A DNA stretch of 64,000 bases. It comes from a virus. The DNA lies in the IMG/VR virus record IMGVR_UViG_3300037483_001170, positions 32,001 through 96,000 of that record, one strand, 5' to 3'. The translations under genes and the position numbers were made by a program. Under the pieces are notes generated by a model. It searched no databases and was not told the DNA's origin. It saw only the letters and a program-made list of their open reading frames with translations. The stretch's first letter is position 1. Every line of letters begins with the position of its first letter. Shown here piece by piece: positions 26,770 through 36,780 of this stretch.

Positions 26770-28226
26770 CCGCCCCGCACTTCGAGGTCGACCGCGTCGG
26801 CCTCCGCAAGCTGCTCGCCCGGCGCGGCATCGAGTTCGCGGCGCTGGAGCTGCTTCAGAACGCGCTCGACGAGAAGTCGACGTGCGTGCACGTGAAGCTC
26901 GAACCGCACGCGACGCGCGGCTCGTACGTGCTCACGGTCGCGGACGACAACCCCGATGGCTTCGCCGACCTGCGTCACGCCTACACGCTCTTCGCGGAGT
27001 CGGCCAAGAAGGGCAACCCCGAGCAGCGCGGCCGCTTCAACCTCGGCGAGAAGCTGGTCATCGCGGCGGCCACGCATGCGGAGATCGTGACCACGACGGG
27101 TCACATCGTCTTCGATGAAGACGGCCGTCGCAGCCAGCGCAGTCGCACGGAGTCCGGCAGCGTCGTCACCGCGCGCCTGCGCATGACGAAGGATGACGTC
27201 GAACGCACCGAGCGCGCGCTTCGCACCGTGCTCGTGCCGCCGGATGTCGTCGTGACGCTGAACGGGGGGCGCCTGCCGTCGCGCATCATGCAGGCCTCGT
27301 TCGAAGCGCGACTGGCCACTGAGATCGCCGACGACGATGGCTACCTCAGGCCGACCGAGCGCCTCACGCGCGTGAACCTCTACCCCGTCGAAGGTGGCGA
27401 GACGCCCACGCTCTACGAGATGGGCATCCCGGTCGTCACGCTCGACGGTGCATGGCACGTCGACGTCTGCCAGAAGGTTCCGCTCAACACCGACCGCGAC
27501 AACGTCACGCCCGCATACGCGCGGCGCATCCGGGCGCTGGTCGTCAACGAGATGCACGGTCAGCTCGGCGAGCACGCGAAGGCTGCGTGGGTCGACGACG
27601 CCATCGAGAGCAAGCTCGTAAGCGACGAGGCGGTCACGGCCGTGCTCACCGAACGCTACGGCGAGCGGCGCGTCATCCGCGACCTGAACGACCCCGAGGG
27701 CACCAAGCTCGCGATGAGCAAGGGGTACTCGATCATCGAGCCCGGCAGCTTCTCGGGGCCAGCCTGGGAATCCATCCGCCGAGCAGGAGCTGCGCTACCC
27801 GCCGGCAAGGTCACCCCGAGCCCGAAGGTCGTGTTCTCCGCTGGTGGCGAGGACGTCAGCGTGGATCCGAGCACGTGGAGCGCGGGCATGCGCCGCGTCG
27901 TCGACTTCACCGATGCACTCGGCCCGAAGCTGCTCAACGGCGTGCGAATCCGCGTCGACATCGTCAACGACCCGAGGGGCTACGCCGCGTGCTTCGGTGA
28001 CGGCACGCTGCTCTTCAACCTGCGCCGTCTCGGTCGCGTGTGGTTCGAGAAGGGGCCCCTCGACGAGGAAGTGCTCCAGCTCATCATTCATGAGGTCGGA
28101 CATTTCTACGTTTCAGATCACCTCAGCGAGGGCTACCACGACGCGCTGTGCAAGCTCGGAGCGCGCCTCAGCCGCCTTGCACTCGACGAGCCCGCGTTCT
28201 TCTCGCGCTGGCGGTGGGCGTCGTGA
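26766..28226 (+). CDS. GHKL (HATPase_c) ATPase with C-terminal HExxH motif
   Basis: ELLQNALD, VADDNPDGF, RGRFNLGEK, GSVVT; IIHEVGH...H...YH. Confidence 0.8.
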   Translation: MTAPHFEVDRVGLRKLLARRGIEFAALELLQNALDEKSTCVHVKLEPHATRGSYVLTVADDNPDGFADLRHAYTLFAESAKKGNPEQRGRFNLGEKLVIAAATHAEIVTTTGHIVFDEDGRRSQRSRTESGSVVTARLRMTKDDVERTERALRTVLVPPDVVVTLNGGRLPSRIMQASFEARLATEIADDDGYLRPTERLTRVNLYPVEGGETPTLYEMGIPVVTLDGAWHVDVCQKVPLNTDRDNVTPAYARRIRALVVNEMHGQLGEHAKAAWVDDAIESKLVSDEAVTAVLTERYGERRVIRDLNDPEGTKLAMSKGYSIIEPGSFSGPAWESIRRAGAALPAGKVTPSPKVVFSAGGEDVSVDPSTWSAGMRRVVDFTDALGPKLLNGVRIRVDIVNDPRGYAACFGDGTLLFNLRRLGRVWFEKGPLDEEVLQLIIHEVGHFYVSDHLSEGYHDALCKLGARLSRLALDEPAFFSRWRWAS

Positions 28227-28479
28227 CCCGGGGACGTCTATACGTCGACCGAGTCGATGACCTGCCGGATGATAACGCGCCGAAGGCCCGCTCGCCGATG
28301 AGCGACAAGACCGCCCTCGCGACGGAAGAGCGGATGACCGCGGAGTGCATCGCCCTGAAGAAGCAGATCGAGAAGCTCCAAAGGAAGTACTCGCTGCTCT
28401 CCAGCAAGCGCCTGAAGTTCATCTACAAACACGACATGTTCAACGTCCGTGCACGGGCGCTCGGACTCCCGGAGAAGCC

Positions 28480-28749
28480 GTGAGCCACTACCACTACAAC
28501 GCGATCGCGGCGCTGGTCGGCGTCTATCCGGCGGAGGACCTTCGCGCGCTCGAAGTCTTCTTCGAGGAGCAAGAAGAGACCGGCGACTACGACAACATGG
28601 ACAACGTCCGCGTCGCGCGCAGCGCCGACGTCGTGCAATGCGGAGTGTACTGGGCTGCCGAAAACGACGGCTGCTGCGGCAGCTTCGACGACGTGTTCAC
28701 GGCTCCATCGGGTGCCAAGTACCTCGTCGGCTTCAACTACGGACACTGA
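28480..28749 (+). CDS. Hypothetical phage protein
   Basis: DNVR...GCCGSFD...VGFNYGH. Confidence 0.6.
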   Translation: MSHYHYNAIAALVGVYPAEDLRALEVFFEEQEETGDYDNMDNVRVARSADVVQCGVYWAAENDGCCGSFDDVFTAPSGAKYLVGFNYGH

Positions 28750-29028
28750 CCATGCGCATTCATCACAAGCATCCGGACGTCCGATGGCTTCCGAACGGGC
28801 GCTGGATACTCAGCGTCCGTGAAGCCGGTCGCATCACACACTGGGGCGGCTACACGTCCGCGAGCGGCGAGCACCTGGCAGACGGCGTCTGCGCGTCCTG
28901 GCCCGTCGCGCACCGCAAGCAGGGCCGAGGTCTCGGCGCGCGCAAGCGCCGCATGCGCGAGGCTCGCGCACAGCGCGCGGCATGCACGCGCCAGCAACAG
29001 GGATGGCGCTAGCAGCGCAAGGCGTGCG

Positions 29029-29090
29029 GTCTGACACCGCTGTGCTTTGTTGCGCGCGCGCTTGACAGCGCGCTCGTGTGAACTCAGAAT
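29029..29090 (+). promoter_or_regulatory. Promoter with upstream box but no leader hairpin
   Basis: GTCTGAC-N3-GCTGTGCTTTGTTGCG...TTGACA-17-CAGAAT. Confidence 0.65.
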
Positions 29091-29116
29091 CCGGCAACTC
29101 GTTGATCCTTCTGCGA

Positions 29117-30922
29117 ATGGATGAGGCCACAGTGAAGAAGAAGGCAGCGCACGTTCGGCGCCCGGTGACCAAGGCGGCTTCGAAGAAGCTGCCCGCCATG
29201 ATCTCCGGCAAGGGCTGGAAGATCGCCAACATCCACGCGCACGCAGAGTGCGTGCTGGTGATCACGAGCGAGGCGTTCTTCAACAAGATCAACTCGTGGG
29301 ACAGCGACGTGCTCCCGTACCAGCAGCGCTGGCAGCTCAAGGAGTGCGGACAGGCCGCGATTTCGCTGAGCGCCGTCCTGGGAAGTCACCGCTACGCGGA
29401 CCTGAAAGAGGCCGAGCCCGCGTTCGCGGTCGCCATCGGCCGCGTTGCCGGGCTGCGTCGCGCGGTGATCGACAAGCTGGTCGCGACTGACGCGCCGGTC
29501 CCGTTCGCACTCCTCGCCGAAACACTCGCGCGTTACAAGGGGCAACCGATTGTCCTGCACGTCCACGGCGCAGAGCTTGCCGTGACGATGGTCCATGCGA
29601 CGGACGTCTACGAGTTCGGCAGCAGAAGCGTCGTCGTCGAGTACAATGTGCTGCATTGGATGCCGGGCTGCAATCAGCTCGCATGGGGCATCGGCCGTCG
29701 CAGCTTCCACGAATACACTGAGCCGCAGACGATCTCCCGACTGGGCATCGACACGTCGCTGTCGACCGCAACGCGAGAACGGCTGATCGCACGCGGGCGA
29801 CGTGCATGCGACCTCAACGCCACCACGGCGTACGTCCACCTGGACTCGACCATGCAGCAGAAGCTCTCCTGGGCGTGGCACGACGTGGCAATGGCCCGTG
29901 GCCGCGTCGTCGTCGATCCGACGGGTCACGCGATGATCGATGCACACGACAGCATGAGCGACCTGGAGGGCCTGCCAGAACGGGACCGCACGGACGCCAT
30001 GCTCGACCACACGACGCTCACGGCCGCTCAGGCGCTGTGCGTGGAGCCCTGGCTGACGGTGTTCTCGTTCTCCGCGAAGAAGTGGGGTCGCACCTCGGTC
30101 GACAGGGTCTCGCTGATCAAGTTCCGGGACGATGCATTCGAGAAGCTCGTGCTGCCCGCGGCCGACAAGCGGCTGGTCATGGCCCTCGTGCAGCACACGC
30201 AGGCTGCGGACGTGTCGGACATCATCGACGGCAAGGGCGGCGGATGCTCGCTGCTGTTTCACGGTGAGCCGGGCAGGGGCAAGACGCTCACCGCTGAGGC
30301 GGTCGCAGAAGACCTGCGCAGGCCGCTCTACGCCTTCGGCGTCGGCGAGCTGGGGACCGACCCGCAGGGCCTCGAACGGAAGCTGCACTCCGTGCTCCAG
30401 ATCGCCGAACGCTGGAACGCGGTGCTGCTCCTCGATGAGGCCGACGTCTTCCTCGAAGCGCGTGCGGATGGCGACGTCGATCGCAACGCGATGGTCACGA
30501 CGTTCCTGCGCCTCATCGAGTACTACAACGGCGTACTGGTCTTGACGACGAACCGCGTTCGCAACATCGACAAGGCGTTCTACTCGCGCCTGAGCCTCGC
30601 CATCCAGTTCGAGGACTTCACGCTGGAGTCGCGGCAGCAGGTCATCCGGAACCTGCTGAGCGCGAACGGCGTGACGCTCAGCGACGACGAGATCTACGCG
30701 CTCGGCGAGATGGGCGTGAACGGGCGGCAGATCAAGAAGGCCATCATCGGCGCGCGCAGCCTCGCCCGGTCCGAAGGGCGTCCCGGCGTCATCAGTAACG
30801 CGGACGTCACCGAGCTGCTGAATCGGCTTCGCGACTTCGGGGCCGACAAGGACGGCGCAGAGCGCGGCGGGCCGAGCTGCAACTGGCGCGGGCACGTCAC
30901 CGACGCGAACGGCGTCCAGTAG
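29117..30922 (+). CDS. AAA+ ATPase
   Basis: Walker A GEPGRGKT, Walker B LLLDEAD, sensor 1 LTTNR, Arg finger AFYSRL. Confidence 0.92.
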   Translation: MDEATVKKKAAHVRRPVTKAASKKLPAMISGKGWKIANIHAHAECVLVITSEAFFNKINSWDSDVLPYQQRWQLKECGQAAISLSAVLGSHRYADLKEAEPAFAVAIGRVAGLRRAVIDKLVATDAPVPFALLAETLARYKGQPIVLHVHGAELAVTMVHATDVYEFGSRSVVVEYNVLHWMPGCNQLAWGIGRRSFHEYTEPQTISRLGIDTSLSTATRERLIARGRRACDLNATTAYVHLDSTMQQKLSWAWHDVAMARGRVVVDPTGHAMIDAHDSMSDLEGLPERDRTDAMLDHTTLTAAQALCVEPWLTVFSFSAKKWGRTSVDRVSLIKFRDDAFEKLVLPAADKRLVMALVQHTQAADVSDIIDGKGGGCSLLFHGEPGRGKTLTAEAVAEDLRRPLYAFGVGELGTDPQGLERKLHSVLQIAERWNAVLLLDEADVFLEARADGDVDRNAMVTTFLRLIEYYNGVLVLTTNRVRNIDKAFYSRLSLAIQFEDFTLESRQQVIRNLLSANGVTLSDDEIYALGEMGVNGRQIKKAIIGARSLARSEGRPGVISNADVTELLNRLRDFGADKDGAERGGPSCNWRGHVTDANGVQ

Positions 30923-30924
30923 TC

Positions 30925-31203
30925 ATGGGCGCTACGCCGCTCCACTGGAAGTGCGGTAAGTGCAAACGCCGCACGATCAACACCACGGGTCCAAACGGGC
31001 CTGACTTCTACCACGCGTCAGGGCGACCCGTGCCGACCGGGCGCGTATGGCACCCAGAGGCCTACCGGCCAGTCATCGAGTACCGCTGCGAGGAGTGCGG
31101 GCACGTCGGGCGCACACGGCATCCGCACGCCGTCTCCCGGGCGCGCGGCGCAGGGTTCTGCCCCGCGTACAGCCCGCGCAGCGGGAAGGCCAAAACGTCA
31201 TGA
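30925..31203 (+). CDS. Zinc-ribbon protein
   Basis: CGKC...CEECGH. Confidence 0.55.
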   Translation: MGATPLHWKCGKCKRRTINTTGPNGPDFYHASGRPVPTGRVWHPEAYRPVIEYRCEECGHVGRTRHPHAVSRARGAGFCPAYSPRSGKAKTS

Positions 31204-31381
31204 GCAAGCTCGACACGCGCGCACTGAGACTTCGTGCGGTTGCGCGCGATCTTGTCAGCGCCGCAGGCCGCGGCCAATCGGTGGGCGCGTCCCTCCGTAG
31301 GCTCACCCCAGGCGAGATCCTTGCCTACCGCCGCGCCGCTCGCGTACTACACGCCGAAGCGCGTCGAGTTATGCGAGACCT

Positions 31382-32074
31382 ATGACTACTCACGTCATCA
31401 AGAGTCCGGTGAAGACCCGCGTCTCGATGCCCGGCTACGCCAAGCTCGTGGGCATCCCGCTCGACAGGTGGGAGGGCAACTGCTTCGCGGTCGCCAGCAA
31501 GCTCGCGCCGCACTTCGGCGGCACCGCAGTGTACGGCCACTGGCTCGGCGAGATCAGCCCAGACGCGAAGTTCTGGGCTAGCAAACGTGGAACGGGCTTC
31601 GCGCAGCACGGATGGATCGTGCTCCCGGACAAGCACGGCAAGTACTCGCTCGACGGAGAGATCGTCGACCCCACGCGCTGGTCGTTCGAGGCCAAGAAGC
31701 CGTATCTCTGGAAGGGCAAGAACGACGGCGCGTACGACGAAGGTGGAAACGGGTTTCGCATGGCGATGCGCGGCTCTAGGCCGCCGGACGTCGATGATGG
31801 CCGTGAGCCCGTCACGATCGAGCTGGGCTGCGAAGAGCTATACGAGAAGGTCCGCCACATCTGTCGCATGGGACCGCTCACGGAGTTCTCCGATGAGTAC
31901 CCGTTCCTCTACCACGCAGACGTCGCGTGGCTTGCGAACACGTCGCCAGAGAAGATCGGATGGTTCGTGGTCGCCGAAGTCTATGAGGCCATCGCGAAAG
32001 CCGGATGCCGTGGGTACATACCGATCGACAACTGGAAGATGGTCGACCGGCTCTGCGGTCTGAAGGATATCTGA
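31382..32074 (+). CDS. Hypothetical protein (possible Cys-His-Asp transglutaminase-like triad)
   Basis: GNC...HGWI...IVDPT. Confidence 0.55.
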   Translation: MTTHVIKSPVKTRVSMPGYAKLVGIPLDRWEGNCFAVASKLAPHFGGTAVYGHWLGEISPDAKFWASKRGTGFAQHGWIVLPDKHGKYSLDGEIVDPTRWSFEAKKPYLWKGKNDGAYDEGGNGFRMAMRGSRPPDVDDGREPVTIELGCEELYEKVRHICRMGPLTEFSDEYPFLYHADVAWLANTSPEKIGWFVVAEVYEAIAKAGCRGYIPIDNWKMVDRLCGLKDI

Positions 32075-32322
32075 TGCTGTCAGCTTCCGATACCGTGACC
32101 CGCGTCGCCGAAATCGACGAGACCGTCGCTCAGATTGACGATCACCTCGTCGCCGCCGAGCGCAGGCTCTACGAGATGAGGAGCTGCATCGAGACGATGG
32201 AGGTGCTCCTCGCACAGTCGCGCCACAAGATGGCCGAGGCAGAACAGAGACGAGAAGACATTCACGCGCAACGGCTCAAGCTCGTAGAGCTGCGCCGACG
32301 CACCATCGGAGGAAGCTCATGA
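32074..32322 (+). CDS. Coiled-coil hypothetical protein
   Basis: TGATG coupling. Confidence 0.5.
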   Translation: MLSASDTVTRVAEIDETVAQIDDHLVAAERRLYEMRSCIETMEVLLAQSRHKMAEAEQRREDIHAQRLKLVELRRRTIGGSS

Positions 32323-32678
32323 CGAACACGCCGCAGTGGATGCTCGACGAGAAACTCTTGCCGGCCCACCTCTGGGAGAAGCGCGCGCGCGAGCAGACCG
32401 CGCGTGCCGAGGCTGCCGAAAATCGCGCTGCCAAGGCAGAAACCGCCCTCGGCGACGCCGAGTGGGCGGCGCCCAAGGCGGTCGGCAAGACGCCAGAAGA
32501 CGCCATCAAGGCACTCTCGAAGGCCAAGGGCTGGGGCCAGGTCAAGATGGGCGAGCCGCTAGAGAATGGTCCAGACGCCAAGTACTCATGGGGCTTTCGT
32601 TTCCACGCTGGCGGCACGAGCTTCAAGGCCGCCGGCCATGAACTGCCTGGCGGTGTAACCCTCACATGGTGGAAGTGA
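32319..32678 (+). CDS. Hypothetical protein
   Basis: GGAGG RBS, coupled. Confidence 0.6.
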   Translation: MTNTPQWMLDEKLLPAHLWEKRAREQTARAEAAENRAAKAETALGDAEWAAPKAVGKTPEDAIKALSKAKGWGQVKMGEPLENGPDAKYSWGFRFHAGGTSFKAAGHELPGGVTLTWWK

Positions 32679-33379
32679 TGAAGAACGACGAGAAGACCAC
32701 GATCGAATGGGACGGCGTATCCATCCCGCCTGCACGCTGGGGCCAAGATCACTGGTCGACGCTACTGTACATCGAGACGCTCATCGTCGATGGCAGAGGT
32801 GACGGGTACGCGCGGCCCGCCGTCGCGCGCATGCGACAGGACTCCAATCGCCCACGGCGCGGCCACGGGAAGGACGACCCAGGGCTCGACAGCTCGAAAG
32901 AGCGGTATCCGACCATACTGCTCGGTGGCCACGAGGTACTCGGGCACGACGACTTCGACTGTCTCGATGACATGGAGGTCGAGGGCGTCCTCATCGTCGA
33001 TGGCACCGGCGCGCAGCCGCTCATCAGGCTCACCGACTACGGATACACCCTGGTCGCGGCCCTGCGCAGGCACCGTGGACAGACCGGCGGAAGCGCGGGC
33101 TTCGCTCCGACATCTCGGCCACCCGAAGCACCCGTGCCCGCCAAGCGGCGGCCTCCCGCCGTCGGCGACGTGCTCGACGTCGACCATACCCGCAAGGGCT
33201 CGCTCGTACTGCGCGTCACGAAGCTCGACAAGACGTGGATGACCGGAACGATCGTCGAAGGCGTCGCCCGAGCCATGAACCCGGACAACGTCCGCGAGGC
33301 CGGCGAAGAGGTCACGCTTCGGCGCTCGATGATCACGCGGCAGAAGCGCGTACTCGACAAGCCGGCGAGCGCCCCGTAG
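32675..33379 (+). CDS. Hypothetical protein
   Basis: WGQDHWSTLLYIE, HDDFDCLDD. Confidence 0.6.
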   Translation: MMKNDEKTTIEWDGVSIPPARWGQDHWSTLLYIETLIVDGRGDGYARPAVARMRQDSNRPRRGHGKDDPGLDSSKERYPTILLGGHEVLGHDDFDCLDDMEVEGVLIVDGTGAQPLIRLTDYGYTLVAALRRHRGQTGGSAGFAPTSRPPEAPVPAKRRPPAVGDVLDVDHTRKGSLVLRVTKLDKTWMTGTIVEGVARAMNPDNVREAGEEVTLRRSMITRQKRVLDKPASAP

Positions 33380-33400
33380 TATGTCGCAAGCGAGGACACG

Positions 33401-33772
33401 ATGACCGAACGCAGACTGCGCAGTCGCGCGCACATTCACGTCAACAAGTACATCAGCCTCAGCCTACCGCTCGACGAGATCTTCGACGCGGCGCGCGAGA
33501 TCGGCCGACGAGCCCTTGCCGCGGTCGCGCATCCCGGTCGAAGTCGCGACCGGCTGACGAAGGCGCGCGTGGACGATGAGATCGTCGAGCACGCAGCAGC
33601 TTCCGAGAGGAAGCGGAAGTTCGCCGACGCAGAGAAGGCGCTCGTCGGCCTCGGGTTCAAGAAGGCCGAAGCGCGCGCTGCACTCGACAGCATGGGTCCG
33701 CTCTCTGATGAACAGCCGCACACCATCATGGCGGCGGCGCTCAGAGCGTCGAAGGCGCCGGTGCCGACATGA
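33401..33772 (+). CDS. Protein with RuvA C-terminal (domain III)-like module
   Basis: DAEKALVGLGFKKAEARAAL...IMAAALR. Confidence 0.65.
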   Translation: MTERRLRSRAHIHVNKYISLSLPLDEIFDAAREIGRRALAAVAHPGRSRDRLTKARVDDEIVEHAAASERKRKFADAEKALVGLGFKKAEARAALDSMGPLSDEQPHTIMAAALRASKAPVPT

Positions 33773-34026
33773 TCACGCCAGACACGTCCGATCCGGATCA
33801 CTTCCACCAGGTCTGCAAAGATGCTGCGGACCAGTTCGGCGTCGAGCTTGGCAACTCCAGCTTCTCGGCTCGGGTTCAGGAGATCGAGATCGTGGTGATG
33901 ACCGACGAGAAGTTCCTCTCGGAGCGGGGTGTCGCACGCGTCGGAGGCGAGCAGAAGGCGCTGCACCGGTTCCGTGATGCCGTGCGCTTCTGGTGGCCCA
34001 AGTGCGCGATCACGGTGACCGCGTGA
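33769..34026 (+). CDS. Hypothetical protein
   Basis: ATGA-coupled ORF. Confidence 0.5.
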   Translation: MITPDTSDPDHFHQVCKDAADQFGVELGNSSFSARVQEIEIVVMTDEKFLSERGVARVGGEQKALHRFRDAVRFWWPKCAITVTA

Positions 34027-34197
34027 GCACGTTCCTGTCCGACTCGCAGCGTGAGCATCTGAAGCGCTTCCTGCGCTTTCAACGGTGGCGCGCTCGTACG
34101 GTTGAGCCGCGCGACGTCAAGCACCTCATCTACCTCGATCCAGACTTCGTCATCGCCAAGTACGTCGCATGGCTGGAGGCCGGCGAGCCGGACGGGC

Positions 34198-34557
34198 TCA
34201 GCGCTTCGGAGGGATCGCGCGAGAGTTCCACGGATGGCTGGCGTCCGGACGGCGAGAGCTAGGACGCTTCTGGGTTGCTGCCGGCACGATCTCCACGTCC
34301 TCCGTGGGGCGCTGGCGTAGAGCTTCGTAGCGAGCTTGAAGGCTCGCAAGCTGGCTTTTGGCGCCGTCAAGATCCCGTCGCACGCCGATGGCAGCACGAG
34401 CCAGGGACAAGATCGCGTCATCGCTGACGGTCGACAGAAGCTGCTCGACGGCGAAGTCCAGTTCTGCGCGGAGACGCGTCAAGCGCTTCTTCACGGCAGC
34501 GCTTTGCTCGAAGATCTGCTCCTCTTCACTCGTCCGACGTCGACGCGCTGCGACCAT
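34198..34557 (-). CDS. Coiled-coil hypothetical protein
   Basis: ATG after TTGACC-17-TACCGT. Confidence 0.5.
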   Translation of the reverse strand: MVAARRRRTSEEEQIFEQSAAVKKRLTRLRAELDFAVEQLLSTVSDDAILSLARAAIGVRRDLDGAKSQLASLQARYEALRQRPTEDVEIVPAATQKRPSSRRPDASHPWNSRAIPPKR

Positions 34558-34620
34558 TGGGCGACGGTAGTGGTCTAGTGCAAGCAGGTCAAGAACGGCG
34601 TACGGGGACACGCCGGGCAG

Positions 34621-35319
34621 CTAGTTCGCGCCTGAATCAGGTCCAGGGCTCGCCTGCGTTGTCCAGTACCCGGGCATCCCGAACGGCGACCACTTCGACT
34701 GCGGCACCGTGAGAAACGAGAAGACCTGATCGCCGGTGACCGGTCGACCGTCCGCCGTCTTCACCGACAGCGTCCAGCCAGTCATGGGCCCGTTCGAGTG
34801 CGTGAGCACGAGATTCAGGCCGGCGACCGAGAGCGATGCGCCGCTTGTGGCCTGCATGGTTTCCAAGAATGCTGGCGGAAACCCGGTGAGCGAGCCGCGA
34901 AGCTCTGGCGCGAACATCGCCGCTGCCTCTGGCTGCACGCTCGCCGGAGCTGACGAGCGTCTTGAGCGTTCGGCGGCGCCGGCATCAGCATGGCGGTCAC
35001 CGTTCCAGCACCACTCTGGCCAGTAGAACATCGCCTGTCCGGTCGGAGTCTCGTTGGCAGTCGGGAAGCCGTGGGCCTCCGTGAGACCGGCGGTCGCCAT
35101 GCGCGCACCAACGGCCGTTGCCCGCTCGCCGGCTGCGAGCTGTGGATCGAAGCCTACGCAGCCCAAGAACTCGACTGGAAAATAGCCAGCGCGTCGCACA
35201 ATGGCCTTCAGGCCCTCTGACGTCGGCGCCTTGCGCTCAGCAGCGTCTGCCGCGAGGTGGCACTTCTTGTACTTCCTGCCGGACCCGCAGTGGCACTCGT
35301 CGTTTCTGCCTAGGCTCAT
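34621..35319 (-). CDS. SEC-C motif protein
   Basis: LGRNDECHCGSGRKYKKCH. Confidence 0.8.
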   Translation of the reverse strand: MSLGRNDECHCGSGRKYKKCHLAADAAERKAPTSEGLKAIVRRAGYFPVEFLGCVGFDPQLAAGERATAVGARMATAGLTEAHGFPTANETPTGQAMFYWPEWCWNGDRHADAGAAERSRRSSAPASVQPEAAAMFAPELRGSLTGFPPAFLETMQATSGASLSVAGLNLVLTHSNGPMTGWTLSVKTADGRPVTGDQVFSFLTVPQSKWSPFGMPGYWTTQASPGPDSGAN

Positions 35320-35810
35320 CACCGCACCGTTGCTGCGATCCAGACCACGCCGACCACCGCCGCTCCGATCACTGCCCAAAGCAGCGGAGCGTCGTACCAC
35401 TGCCGTTCAGCTGCGCGACGCGCTTGCTCCTGCGTCGCCTGAACCTGCGTCACGAGTTCCGTCTGCCGCGCGGTCCAGAGGTCGTCGCGCAGCGTCAGGC
35501 GCTCCTCAGCGGCGAGAACGTGTGCGTGCTCGATCTGCACCCGCACGTCGCACCGCTCGGAATCGCGCTCGGCCGTGCGCGTCAGCAGGTAGCGCATGCG
35601 TTCGTACTCGTTGCGAATCTGAAGCAGATCAGCCGCTTCGATCAGAAGCCCATCGTGCGGCGCGGCCGCCCCGCGGCGAAGCGGCAGCACCTCTCCTGTC
35701 TCCGGCAGCTGGAACTGCTCGGGGGTGCCGGGGGCGATCGCGTCCTGTCCGGAAGCCACGGCGGGCACTAGGGCCATCGCGGCAAACGCGAGCGCGTGGA
35801 AGTACTTCAT
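35319..35810 (-). CDS. Signal-peptide coiled-coil protein with C-terminal TM (spanin-like candidate)
   Basis: MKYFHALAFAAMALVPAVASG; coiled coil; WYDAPLLWAVIGAAVVGVVWI. Confidence 0.55.
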   Translation of the reverse strand: MKYFHALAFAAMALVPAVASGQDAIAPGTPEQFQLPETGEVLPLRRGAAAPHDGLLIEAADLLQIRNEYERMRYLLTRTAERDSERCDVRVQIEHAHVLAAEERLTLRDDLWTARQTELVTQVQATQEQARRAAERQWYDAPLLWAVIGAAVVGVVWIAATVR

Positions 35811-36205
35811 CGAACACCCGCTGCGACTTTCCAGGCGGACGGCTGATCTCGCCACGCGATTCGCTGTACTGCATCGCATTTGCCACAGCGGTAGATGTGT
35901 TCGTGCGATTCGTGCTTCAACGTCTCGTCCCACACATGACGCCGACCAACCGTGGGCCCGTCGAAGCACTCATCTGGGTTCGCGAACTGCGTCATCATCG
36001 TCGAGATGACGATGTCCTTCGCGGGCCCTCTGTACGGCTGCTCGCCTGCCGTTAGTACGGCACGAGCCGTGCGGCTGAACCAGCCCTCACGCTCGTTCGT
36101 GTCGAAGATGTTCCAGCCGAGCGCGGTACGGCCGATCAGACGGCCAGCCCTGGACGGTAATTCGCGCTCCCAGGCGCGGCGCATCCCTTCCTCATTCGTC
36201 GTCAT
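35807..36205 (-). CDS. Hypothetical protein with His/Cys motif
   Basis: C..RRHVW..YRCGKC. Confidence 0.55.
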   Translation of the reverse strand: MTTNEEGMRRAWERELPSRAGRLIGRTALGWNIFDTNEREGWFSRTARAVLTAGEQPYRGPAKDIVISTMMTQFANPDECFDGPTVGRRHVWDETLKHESHEHIYRCGKCDAVQRIAWRDQPSAWKVAAGVR

Positions 36206-36761
36206 CCGCAATGCCCCTGCTCCGCTTCCAGTCCGCGATGTCCATAACCTGTTTCAGATCGCGCGCCGCCACGAGACCGAGGTATCTCTTGGCCACTTCC
36301 AGCGTCTTCTTGCGATCAATATCCCAGCCAAGAATCGTCGCCACGTCGCTGTCGTCCTTGGGCCTCCCGGCCCAGATCTTCAAGACCAAAATGTACTCCG
36401 GCGGCACTACGCGCAGCGCGAAGCCTGAGACCTTGATCGCGGCAAGTCGCGCCTCCTCGTACAGGTCGGCCACCTCATCATCGCGCGCGATGAAGTCGGT
36501 GGGTACGCCGCCCACGACGGCACGGATGCCGCCGAAGGAAAGGCGCTTAAGCGCCTTAACGTCATCCGGAACCTCAGCAACCAGCACGTCCAGATCGCCG
36601 GTCAAACGGCGCGAACCGAATGCCTGGAGAGCGTAGCCGCCTACCAGGACTGCCTTCGAGTCGATCTTTGCGACCGCCTTGCAGGCGCGATGAAGCACTT
36701 CTGGCGATAGGAACTTCGCCTTCGGCTTGCTACCTCGCTTGCTACCGCGACGCTCCGTCAT
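36192..36761 (-). CDS. Pol-beta-superfamily nucleotidyltransferase (AbiEii/DUF6036-like)
   Basis: VLVGGYAL, RLTGDLDVL, ILVLKIWAGRPKDDSD. Confidence 0.75.
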   Translation of the reverse strand: MTERRGSKRGSKPKAKFLSPEVLHRACKAVAKIDSKAVLVGGYALQAFGSRRLTGDLDVLVAEVPDDVKALKRLSFGGIRAVVGGVPTDFIARDDEVADLYEEARLAAIKVSGFALRVVPPEYILVLKIWAGRPKDDSDVATILGWDIDRKKTLEVAKRYLGLVAARDLKQVMDIADWKRSRGIADDDE

Positions 36762-36780
36762 GATGCGCGCTGTAGCACGA

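Noticed and set aside
29084-30895. 603-aa minus-strand ORF
   Set aside because: Antisense shadow of the AAA+ gene, expected at high GC3. The same applies to 11680..12756, 19762..20892, 26721..27575, 44221..45270, 54635..55669 and most Arg/Ala-rich ORFs in the track.
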